A stretch of DNA of 64,000 nucleotides from contig CAWKHS010000002.1 of the NCBI GenBank assembly GCA_963849445.1, positions 13,222 to 77,221 of the forward strand, in the 5' to 3' direction. The first letter of the stretch is position 1; every line of letters starts with the position of its first letter. Of this stretch, positions 1-8,622 are shown one piece after another. The DNA is from an uncultured Acidobacteriaceae bacterium (GTDB taxonomy: Bacteria > Acidobacteriota > Terriglobia > Bryobacterales > Bryobacteraceae). Below the pieces are notes generated by a model that saw only the letters and a program-made list of their open reading frames with translations, was not told the origin of the DNA and ran no database searches. Both the position numbers and the translations under genes were made by a program.

Positions 1-1
1 G

Positions 2-301
2 ATCGGTTCGATCGGAACTTATCTCACTGCCATCGATTACAAAACAGGCAAAATCGCCTGGAGACATCCCTACTACAGCGAGGGCGGCGGTGGCGGAGGC
101 GTCTTGGCAACCGCCGGTGGCCTGATCTTCGCCGGCGACGGAGCCGGAAGCTTGGTCGCTCATGACGCCGCAACCGGCAAGCCGCTGTGGTACACCCGCA
201 TCGGCCACGTCACCAATCCTCCGCAGACCTACATGCTTGACGGTCACCAGTACATCATCGCCGCCTCCGGCGATATGCTCTGGGCCTTCGTCATGGACTG
301 A
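2..301 (+). CDS. PQQ-dependent dehydrogenase / PQQ beta-propeller protein, C-terminal fragment (5' end lies outside the window)
   Basis: The frame is open from the window edge. The translation AIDYKTGKIAWRH...ATAGGLIFAGDGAGSLVAHDAATGKPLWY...PQTYMLDGHQYIIAASG resembles the last propeller blades of quinoprotein dehydrogenases. Confidence 0.6.
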   Translation: MGSIGTYLTAIDYKTGKIAWRHPYYSEGGGGGGVLATAGGLIFAGDGAGSLVAHDAATGKPLWYTRIGHVTNPPQTYMLDGHQYIIAASGDMLWAFVMD

Positions 302-331
302 TCGTCGCGAAAACCTTACAATGAGGTCTGA

Positions 332-556
332 GTGGATTACCGGCACATCATCACAATCGAGCCTGACAAGATGGGCGGCAAGCCTTGTATTCGTGGACTT
401 CGCTTCACCGTCTACGATGTCCTCGACTACATGGCTTCCGGCATGACGGAAACGGAGATTCTGGCTGATTTCCCGGACCTGCGAGCAGAAGACCTTCGAG
501 CAGCTCTTGCGTTTGCAGCCGACCGCGAACGCCGCCTCCTGTCGATTCCCGCGTGA
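332..556 (+). CDS. DUF433 domain protein (antitoxin-like partner of DUF5615)
   Basis: 74 aa with a GTG start. GGKPCIRGLRFTVYDVLDYMASGMTETEILADFPDL is the DUF433 signature. Its stop overlaps the next start (GTGA at 553-556). Confidence 0.75.
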   Translation: MDYRHIITIEPDKMGGKPCIRGLRFTVYDVLDYMASGMTETEILADFPDLRAEDLRAALAFAADRERRLLSIPA

Positions 557-887
557 AGTTGTTGCTTGACGAGAATCTCTCGCCTGCACTGGTTTCCATC
601 TTGTCAAAACTCTACGAAGGCGTTTCGCACGTAGAGGAGAGTTGGGTCTCAAGTCCGCTCCCGACCTGATTCTATGGGCACACGCTGCGAGAGCGGGTTA
701 TACGATCGTCACCAAGGACGCCGACTTTCATCACCGGAGCTTTCTATACGGTCATCCGCCGAAGGTCATTTGGATCCGCCGCGGCAATTGCTCCACGGAG
801 CACATCGCTACTCTACTCATAGAAGAACGCGAGAAAGTCCAGGCCTTTGATTTATCCGCCGATTCGTCGTTCTTAGTACTCACCTGA
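553..887 (+). pseudogene. DUF5615 (PIN-like, Mut7-C type) toxin-like gene, frameshifted
   Basis: The N-terminus VKLLLDENLSPALVSILSKLYEGVSHVEE reads in frame 1 and hits TGA at about 667. The rest, GLKSAPDLILWAHAARAGYTIVTKDADF...VIWIRRGN, reads in frame 3 from 642. The junction is near 640-642. Confidence 0.65.
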
Positions 888-891
888 GTTT

Positions 892-1272
892 ATGTTGCTT
901 GAGGAACTTACAAAGCTCGAAACAGAAATGCACACGAACGAAACTCGCCGCGATAGGAAGCGCATGGAGACCCTGCTGCATCCGGAGTTCGTCGAGTTCG
1001 CGCGATCGGGCAAGCAATATACTTGCGAGGAGATCCTGAACGAATTCGCTGCGCACGACGCACTCCCGGCGATCCATTCCGAAGATTTTCGCGCGGCTGT
1101 TTTGGCCGAAGGGGTTGCCTTGCTAACGTACCGATCCGCCCATATAGATCGTGCCGGAAATCTCGACAGATATACTCTCAGGTCTTCTGTTTGGGTATCC
1201 ACCGAAATCGGTTGGCAAATCAGGTTTCACCAAGGAACGCCGCTTGCGGATGCCACCTTGAATCCGCCGTAG
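892..1272 (+). CDS. NTF2-like / DUF4440 family protein
   Basis: 126 aa. The C-terminal RSSVWVSTEIGWQIRFHQGTP and overall layout are typical of DUF4440 proteins. Confidence 0.55.
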   Translation: MLLEELTKLETEMHTNETRRDRKRMETLLHPEFVEFARSGKQYTCEEILNEFAAHDALPAIHSEDFRAAVLAEGVALLTYRSAHIDRAGNLDRYTLRSSVWVSTEIGWQIRFHQGTPLADATLNPP

Positions 1273-1289
1273 CGCGCGAAATACTTTCA

Positions 1290-1736
1290 CTAATGCCCGG
1301 CAGACGTTGTCTTGCTTTGCGCTGCCTCGGCGATCACACCGAGCTGTTGCAATAAGGCAAGCCGGTCAAAATAGGCTCGCTCCTCCACGATTTTGCCCCC
1401 TTGAATCCGGTACAGCGACACTCCTGCAACGTTCGCGCGTCTGCCGGTCGCCGGAATACCCTGAAACACGCCATTATGTGTCCCAGTGCATCTCCACTCT
1501 ACAGCCACTTGATCCCCTTCCCCAACTTGCTGCTTGAGTTCAATTTTGAAATCGGGGAAGCCAGTGCGCACTTCAGCCATGTAGTTTGCAATCTCTTGCC
1601 TCCCGCGAATAGGCTGTGGATGGTCGGGATCGCTTCGCTCCACATCTTCGCTGAATAACTGCGGCAGGAGCTCAAGACTACCGGAGTTCCAAAATTCGGT
1701 TAAGAGATCGAACATTTCTTGCATACTCTGCGTCAA
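1290..1736 (-). CDS. SnoaL-like ester cyclase family protein
   Basis: 148 aa. The motifs RTGFPDFKIEL, GTHNGVFQGIPATGRR and GGKIVEERAYFDRLALLQQLG match the ester cyclase / SnoaL fold. Confidence 0.65.
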   Translation of the reverse strand: MTQSMQEMFDLLTEFWNSGSLELLPQLFSEDVERSDPDHPQPIRGRQEIANYMAEVRTGFPDFKIELKQQVGEGDQVAVEWRCTGTHNGVFQGIPATGRRANVAGVSLYRIQGGKIVEERAYFDRLALLQQLGVIAEAAQSKTTSAGH

Positions 1737-1950
1737 AACCTCCAGCGTAGATTCTACGCGTCCTTATGGCGTTCTGCAACGTCGCATTCGGGCGACTTCG
1801 GCACTTTGAATGTCCCCGAACAGAGCCGCGAGTGAAACGAGTTGCATGAACCGAGCCGCGACAGCATGGAGCGGTGTTCAAAATTCGGCAAACCTTCCGA
1901 TGAAAACAACAAGTCCTGCGAGTGGGAATTGTCATCCCGCTCAGAGTTTT

Positions 1951-2739
1951 TCATCGCCCGACGTTTGCAGGGTGCGCTTCACCGTCTACAGAGCCGCACA
2001 AATACCCGGAAAGCAGCCGCTGCAGCAGCGGCTCGTGCGGATACGGATGAACCGTGTAGTGACGAAACCCTTCGCCGAACTCGACGCCTGCTCTCATGCC
2101 GCAAGCTCGCGTCCACTGTTCCATCTGCTTCAGATAATCGTCCATCCCGTGCTGCTGCTGAAGCCATAGCCGTTGGCTGCGGTGCTTGGCGAGCATCGCC
2201 GTCTTCGTCTCAAACGTGCTCGTCACATTCATCGTGAAATCCGGCACTGTCAGATTTCCGTTCCGGCCCCGCTGCCCGATTGGCTCCACAAAGTACAGAT
2301 GAGGAATCGCTGCAAGTGCCGGACTTGGCGACGGTGTCTCGTAGTTCGGAACCGATGCGGCGAAACAGGCATCGCGAACAAGCTGGCTGGTTGCTTCGTG
2401 ATCGGAGAGATAATCGCTTGGCGCGGCCGTGATCACAATCTCGGGACGCAGATCACGAAGCAGTCCTGTCACCATGCGCCGCGACCGGTCATCGCTGAAG
2501 ATCGCTAAATCGCGAAAACCGCCCCACCGGTAGTTCGCGCCAATCAGCGCCGCGGATTCCGCCGCCTCGCCCTTCCGGATTGCGGCAATCTCCTCGGCCT
2601 CATGAACGGTGGACCCGCAATCGCCGGCGCTCAGCGTCACAATGGTAATGTCGTGCCCTAACCCGGAGAGCAGCGCCAGCGTGCCCCCGGCAAGAATCTC
2701 TGCGTCATCCGGATGCGCCTGAATACTTGCGATCCGCAT
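1951..2739 (-). CDS. PIG-L (LmbE-like) family deacetylase
   Basis: MRIASIQAHPDDAEILAGGTLALL contains the PIG-L HPDD motif. The start was chosen at the Met that overlaps the upstream SDR stop by 1 nt. Confidence 0.75.
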   Translation of the reverse strand: MRIASIQAHPDDAEILAGGTLALLSGLGHDITIVTLSAGDCGSTVHEAEEIAAIRKGEAAESAALIGANYRWGGFRDLAIFSDDRSRRMVTGLLRDLRPEIVITAAPSDYLSDHEATSQLVRDACFAASVPNYETPSPSPALAAIPHLYFVEPIGQRGRNGNLTVPDFTMNVTSTFETKTAMLAKHRSQRLWLQQQHGMDDYLKQMEQWTRACGMRAGVEFGEGFRHYTVHPYPHEPLLQRLLSGYLCGSVDGEAHPANVGR

Positions 2740-3524
2740 CAACCGCTCCTCGTCCACCGTTGGCCGTCAAAGCGGTCGGTTTCCTTGCCCCACGTTCCGA
2801 ACTTCGAAGCCATCTGCCCGCCATCGACGACCAGCGTGGTTCCCGTGATATACGATGCCAAATCCGACGCCAGGAACATCACAGCCTGCGCGACCTCTTC
2901 CGGTTCCCCGCCCCGCCCCAGCGCAATGTGCTTAAAGTAATCCGAAAGCACATCAGGATTGGAAAAGCTGGCTGCCGTCAATCGCGTGCGAATCAGGCCC
3001 GGACAGACGGCGTTAATCCGAATCCCATACGGCCCCAGTTCATTCGCCGCCGTGTGCAAAATCCCCAGCAGCCCCGCTTTGCTGGCATTGTAGGCAATCA
3101 GGTCCGCTTCGCCATCGAAGGAGTTGGTCGAAGCCGTTAACACAATCGATCCCTTGCGCGCCTGCTTCATCCGCTCGGCCGCGATCTGCACCGTATCGAA
3201 AGCACCGGTCAGATTCACCGCCAACGTCCGGCTCCAAAGTTCCTTCGTGGTATCCGCGAGTGAAGCGCCCGGCCCAATTCCCGCATTCACCACCACAACA
3301 TCGGGAACCCCAACCCCATCGAACGCGCGCTCTAACGACGAGCGATCTGTAACATCCGCTATGCACGCCCGAGCCCCAATCCGCGCAGCCGCTTCAGCCG
3401 GATTCTGAGCCGCCACATCGAATATCCAAACGGAGCCCCCCGCTGCGGCGATACCTCGTGCAATCGCGAACCCAATCCCGTTCGCGCCTCCAGTCACCAC
3501 CGCGTTCTTGCCTTCGAAGTTCAT
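2739..3524 (-). CDS. SDR family oxidoreductase
   Basis: It starts MNFEGKNAVVTGGANGIGFAIA (TGxxxGxG). YNASKAG provides the YxxxK catalytic motif. Length is 261 aa. Confidence 0.8.
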   Translation of the reverse strand: MNFEGKNAVVTGGANGIGFAIARGIAAAGGSVWIFDVAAQNPAEAAARIGARACIADVTDRSSLERAFDGVGVPDVVVVNAGIGPGASLADTTKELWSRTLAVNLTGAFDTVQIAAERMKQARKGSIVLTASTNSFDGEADLIAYNASKAGLLGILHTAANELGPYGIRINAVCPGLIRTRLTAASFSNPDVLSDYFKHIALGRGGEPEEVAQAVMFLASDLASYITGTTLVVDGGQMASKFGTWGKETDRFDGQRWTRSG

Positions 3525-3682
3525 TCTCCAGATTGTAGGTCGCAAGCGAACTGTACAAAGCGGAGCGGGACCTCTCCCATCCCGTGAGTGCCACATATGC
3601 CCAGCGCCGTCGTCTGGCATTGCCCAAAATTGCCCAACGACCGATCTCGTCGACTAGCTAGTTCTCTGCGCGACAATGAGGC

Positions 3683-3982
3683 TTGCGTGATCGCGAATTT
3701 CGGTTCGAATGGGACGAGGCCAAGGCCGTTGCGAATGCACGCAAGCACCGCGTGTCATTTGACCTTGCACATACCGTATTCAATGATTCGATCCTGTTAC
3801 AGTTTCGGATCTGGAGCACGGTGAGACTGAAGAGAGATGGTTCTCTATCGGACAAGAAGCTAACGGGTCCATGCTTTGGTAGCCTACTGTGGTCTAAACC
3901 TGAACCTGTCACAAAGGTGCGGATTATCTCGGCTCGCAAGGCAACCCGGACGGAAATCGGTCAATATGAAGAGAGCTTATGA
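3683..3982 (+). CDS. brnT: BrnT (DUF497) family toxin, probably degenerate in its central region
   Basis: FEWDEAKAVANARKHRVSFDLAHTVF at the N-terminus and VRIISARKATRTEIGQYEE at the C-terminus are DUF497 hallmarks. The middle of the protein matches the family only in another frame (see findings). Confidence 0.6.
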   Translation: MRDREFRFEWDEAKAVANARKHRVSFDLAHTVFNDSILLQFRIWSTVRLKRDGSLSDKKLTGPCFGSLLWSKPEPVTKVRIISARKATRTEIGQYEESL

Positions 3983-4212
3983 GCGATCTACCACTGCATG
4001 ATGAGGACCTGCCCCTTGAGATCGACTTTTCCAATGGAATGCGGGGTGTTCATCACGTCCGTCCGCGGACCAAAGTTTTCTTGCCCGCCCCCATTGAGCG
4101 CGGAGTATGGGAATAGTTTTCCGGAAAGGCCGAACAAAAGGGCGTAGAGCTTGCGGAACTCTTGACCGAGGTTCTCAGACGCGACATCGAGATCAACGAG
4201 GCATTGAAGTAA
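3979..4212 (+). pseudogene. brnA: BrnA-like antitoxin with an in-frame TAG
   Basis: The ATG overlaps the brnT stop (ATGA). The frame reads ...KVFLPAPIERGVWE-TAG(4114-4116)-FSGKAEQKGVELAELLTEVLRRDIEINEALK, and the stop sits where I recall this family having a Tyr. Confidence 0.6.
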
Positions 4213-4298
4213 CGTTTTGTCCACGCTTCGATTCCGTGGAAGACCAGCAGTTACCAGCCGGTCCTCGCGCCACTGGCGCCGATCGCTAAACTAGCGTT

Positions 4299-7200
4299 TT
4301 GCCCTCGAACCTCGCATCCGATCCAACCGCGGAGTTCATCCATCGTTGGAAGAGTTCCGGCGCCGCCGAACGCGCCAATTATCAGCTCTTCCTGTCCGAA
4401 CTCTGCGATCTGTTCGGCGTTCCCCGCCCCAATCCCACAGTCCCCGACGACTCCCAAAACTCCTACGTCTTTGAACGCGCCGTCCACTTCCACAATGGAG
4501 ACGGCACCACCAGCTTCGGCCGCATCGATCTCTATAAGCGCGACTGCTTCGTCCTCGAAGCCAAGCAGGGCAGCGATCAGACCGCAGCCTCACACTCTCG
4601 CCCGTCCTCGTCGCGGTACCGCCGTCCGCCAAAGCCCCGGCTGGGACGAAGCCATGCTCGCCGCCCGCAATCAAGCCGAACGTTACGCCAAAGCGGTGCC
4701 CGACGGCTGGCCGCCGTTCCTCGTCATCGTCGACGTCGGCTTCAGCATCGAACTCTTTGCCGACTTCTCCCTCACCGGCAAGAACTACGCTCAATTCCCC
4801 GATCGCAACACCTATCGCATTCTTCTCGATGAGCTGACCTCGTCTACCGTCCGCGATCGCCTCCGCGCCGTCTGGCTCGATCCCCTTTCCCTCGATCCCA
4901 CTCGCATCAGCGCCCGCGTGACGCGCGATGTCGCAGCGAAACTTGCCGAACTCGCCAAGGATCTCGAACAAACCCACCCACCTGCCGCCGTGGCCGGGTT
5001 CCTCATGCGCTGCATCTTCACCTCTTTCGCTGAAGACGTTCATCTTGCTTCCGGCAAACAGTTGGACGAAGCTCCTCGAAAGCCTGCGCGGCAATCTCCC
5101 CAACTTCTGTCCCATGGTCGAATCGCTCTGGCAGACCATGAACAGCGGCGGCTTCTCGCCCATTCTCCGCGAACACGTGCTCCGCTTCAACGGCGGCCTG
5201 TTCGAAAGCACGGAAGCGCTCTCCAGTCACCTCCGTCTCAACTCGAACTTCTCATCCGCGCCTCCAAAGCCGACTGGAAAGATGTCGAACCCTCCATCTT
5301 CGGAACCCTGCTCGAACGCGCTCTGGACAAAAACGAGCGCCATCGCCTCGGCGCCCACTACACGCCCCGCGAGTACGTGGAGCGCCTCGTCGTCCCCACA
5401 GTCATCCAGCCTCTGCGCGACGACTGGAAAACCGTACAGGCCACCGCTGTCAAACTCGCCCGCGATGGCGACGGCAAGGCCGCCCTCGAAACCGTCCGTG
5501 GTTTCCGCCGTTCGCTCTGCAGCCTTCGAGTACTCGACCCCGCTTGCGGCAGCGGCAATTTCCTCTACGTCACCCTCGAACACCTCAAACGTCTGGAAGG
5601 CGAGGTCATCGAAACCCTCGAAGCGCTTGGCGAAACACAACTCGTCCTGCATGAAACCGGTCTCACTGTCGATCCCCACCAGTTACTCGGCCTCGAACTG
5701 AATCCCCGCGCCGCCATCATCACCGATCTCGTCCTCTGGATCGGCTATCTGCAGTGGTACTTCCGCACCTGGGGTGCATCCGCCATGCCGCCCGAACCGG
5801 TCATCAAGCGCTTCCACAACATCGAAGCCCGCGACGCATTGCTCGTCTACGATCGCGAACAGCCGGCGCGCGACGAGCACGGCAACATCCGCACCCAATG
5901 GGATCAGCGGACGATGCGCAAACATCCCGTCACCGGAGAAGAGGTTCCGGACGAAACCGCCCGCCGAACGGTCTACGAATACATAAATCCTCGCCGCGCG
6001 CCTTGGCCCGAAGCCGACTTCATCGTCGGCAACCCGCCTTTCATCGGAAACTGGATGATGCGCAGGGAACTAGGCGACGGCTACACGGAAACCCTGCGCG
6101 AAACGTATCACGGAAGTGCCCGAAAGCGCCGAGTATGTCATGTACTGGTGGCACCGCGCCGCCGAAGCCGTACGCTCCGGGCAGAACCCGCCATTTCGGC
6201 TTCATCGCAACCAACAGTCTGCGCCAAACCTTCAGCCGTCGCGTAGTCGCCCACCACCTTCAGGCCGATCCCCCACTCTCGCTCGTCTACGCCATCCCAG
6301 ACCACCCCTGGGTCGATTCCAGCGATGGAGCAGATGTTCGAATCTCCATGACAGTGGGTGAAGCGGGGCCGCCGCGAAGGAGTGCTGCATGCGCGTCATC
6401 GCGGGAAATACCCGGGCATGGACCATGCCGAAGTCGATCTGATCGAACGTCGCGGCTTCATCAACGCCGATCTCACCGTCGGTCCGAACGTGCGGCAGCT
6501 CAACCGCTCAAAGCTAACGACCGCCTGAGCTGCCCGGGCGTTAAGCTGCACGGCTCCGGCTTCATCGTCACCCCAGCCGAAGCGAAGCAACTTGGGCTCG
6601 GCCGCATTCCCGGACTCGATCGCCACATCCGCCAGTACCGCAACGGGAGAGACATCACTTCGCGGCCACGAGGTGTACTGGTCATCGACCTCTTCGGACT
6701 TGACTGCCGAACAGGTGCGCAGGCGATTCCCGGAGGTCTATCAGTGGGTGCACGATCGCGTGAAGCCGGAGCGCGACCAGAACAACCGCGCCGAGCTACC
6801 GCGACAACTGGTGGATTCACGGCGAACCACGCCGCGATTTCCGTCCCGCACTAGTCGGTCTTCGCCGCTACATCAGCACCGTCGAAACATCAAAACATCG
6901 CTTTTTCGTTTTTCTTGATGCCGCCATTCTCCCCGACAACATGCTCGTGAACATCGCGCTCGATGACGCCTATTTCCTCGGCGTCCTATCCAGTCGCGTC
7001 CACGTTGCCTGGGCACTCGCCGCAGGCGGGACGCTGCGAAGATCGATCCGCGCTATAACAAGACCCGCTGCTTCGAACCGTTCCCCTTCCCAGACGCATC
7101 CGAAGCACAACGCCAGCGCATCCGCGAATTAGGCGAAGCTCTCGACGCCCACCGCAAACGCCAGCAGCAACTCCATCCGCGAACTGACGCTCACCGGAAT

Positions 7201-7718
7201 GTACAACGTCCTCGAAAAGCTGCGCGCCGGGCAGGAACTCGACGAAGAGGATCGCACAATCCACGAACAAGGCCTCGTCTCCGTGCTGCGTCGACATTCA
7301 CGACGAACTCGACGCCGCCGTGCTCGATGCCTACGGCTGGCCCCCACCTAAGCACCGAAGAAATCCTGTATCGCCTCGTCGCCTTGAACGAACAACGGCA
7401 AGCCGAAGAGCGCCGCGGCATCATCCGTTGGCTCCGCCCGGAGTTCCAGCAAACCTCTCAAATGGGGCAAGCCGGACTCGGAATCGAAATGGAAGAATCC
7501 GCCACCCCGGTCAGCGCGCGCCGCCCTTGGCCCGCATCCCTTCCCGAGCGCGTACGCGCTATTCGCACCGTCCTCGCCGAAAAGCAGCAGCCGCTCGACG
7601 CTCCAGCCCTCGCCCGCGTCTTCACCCGAGCCCGCCGCCAGGACGTGCGAAGAAATAGCTGAAACTCCTCGTTTCCCTCAACCAGGCACGCCGGGTCGAA
7701 AACCGCTACACACTATAA
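4299..7718 (+). pseudogene. MmeI-like type IIL/IIG restriction-modification enzyme (N-terminal PD-ExK nuclease plus N6-adenine methyltransferase), heavily frameshifted
   Basis: Family-like peptide blocks are spread over all three frames: [48 protein letters not shown] (motif I), FIVGNPPFIG (motif IV), and C-terminal ..GIIRWLRPEFQ and LVSLNQARRVENRYTL-stop (7716-7718). Confidence 0.8.
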
Positions 7719-7846
7719 AACGGGTTAGCCAAAAAGCTCATTCACAAACAATTGTCTCCGTAGAATCAACAACATACGGGGAAAACGCTTGCAGCGCGTA
7801 TGCTATAGTCTCTAACCAGGAAGCCGTCCACGCTTCCACACTCTCG

Positions 7847-7889
7847 AAAAAACGCCGGCAGGGCCGCTAAGCCCGATCCGGCGTTTTTC
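7847..7889. terminator. Rho-independent-like bidirectional hairpin (A-tract, GC stem, T-tract)
   Basis: The sequence is aaaaaacgccgg-cagggccgctaagcccgat-ccggcgtttttc. It lies about 130 nt after the R-M pseudogene stop and 20 nt before the next start. Confidence 0.5.
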
Positions 7890-7908
7890 ATTTAAGGACC
7901 ACAATCCC

Positions 7909-8541
7909 ATGGCAACCGAAGCCCAAATCAGCGCCAACCAAAGCAACGCGCAAAAGAGTACCGGACCCACAAGCGAGACGGGGAAAGCCAATTCTTCGCA
8001 AAACAATTTCCGCCACGGCTTCACCGGCGCATTCAAAGTTCTCGATTGGGAACGCCAGGAAGACTTCACCGATCTGCTCGCCCGCTTCTGCGTCGAGCAT
8101 CAACCGTCGAACGAATGCGAAATCGTGCTCGTCGAAAGAATCGCCCAGCACTTCTGGCTTGCCGGCCGCGCCTTGCGCCTCCAGGAACAGTGCTTCCGCC
8201 CCGATCTGGCCATGAAAGAAGCGGATGCGAAGCTGGCGCTCTATCTCCGCTACCAAACCACCCATGAGCGCGCCTTCCGCCAACTCTCGGACGAGCTCCG
8301 AAAGCTAAGAAACGAAAAGCGCAAAGCCGAAATTGGCTTCGAATCGCAGCAGCTTAAAAATGCCGAACAAGCACGCAAGCAACAGATCGAAAATCGCAAG
8401 CAGGACCTGCATAAATGCGATATTTGGCTCGCCGAAGCGAAGGCCGAACACCAGGAATTGCTCAACGCCAGGCTCGAAACGCCCGAAACGCGCATGCCCA
8501 ACCGGGTCCAGCGCATTTTGGCGCGCCAACAAGCCGCCTAA
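7909..8541 (+). CDS. Hypothetical protein (N-terminal NAQKSTGP..GKA..S..N..HG motif, coiled-coil C-terminus); a paralog remnant lies at about 39516-40075
   Basis: A 210 aa ORF with a charged, heptad-like C-terminal half. No family is known to me. Confidence 0.55.
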   Translation: MATEAQISANQSNAQKSTGPTSETGKANSSQNNFRHGFTGAFKVLDWERQEDFTDLLARFCVEHQPSNECEIVLVERIAQHFWLAGRALRLQEQCFRPDLAMKEADAKLALYLRYQTTHERAFRQLSDELRKLRNEKRKAEIGFESQQLKNAEQARKQQIENRKQDLHKCDIWLAEAKAEHQELLNARLETPETRMPNRVQRILARQQAA

Positions 8542-8622
8542 GGCGCTCTGATTTCTAACCGAAGGCCAAACTCAAACCTGAAGTGTGCTCGAACAAGAAG
8601 GTAACGTGAGTAAGAGCCCCTC

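Noticed and set aside
332-8541. A mobile genetic element or genomic island with defined borders around the TA/R-M islet
   Set aside because: I found no integrase, transposase, flanking direct repeats or adjacent tRNA. Intact housekeeping-type genes are interleaved. It cannot be called a mobile element from this sequence.
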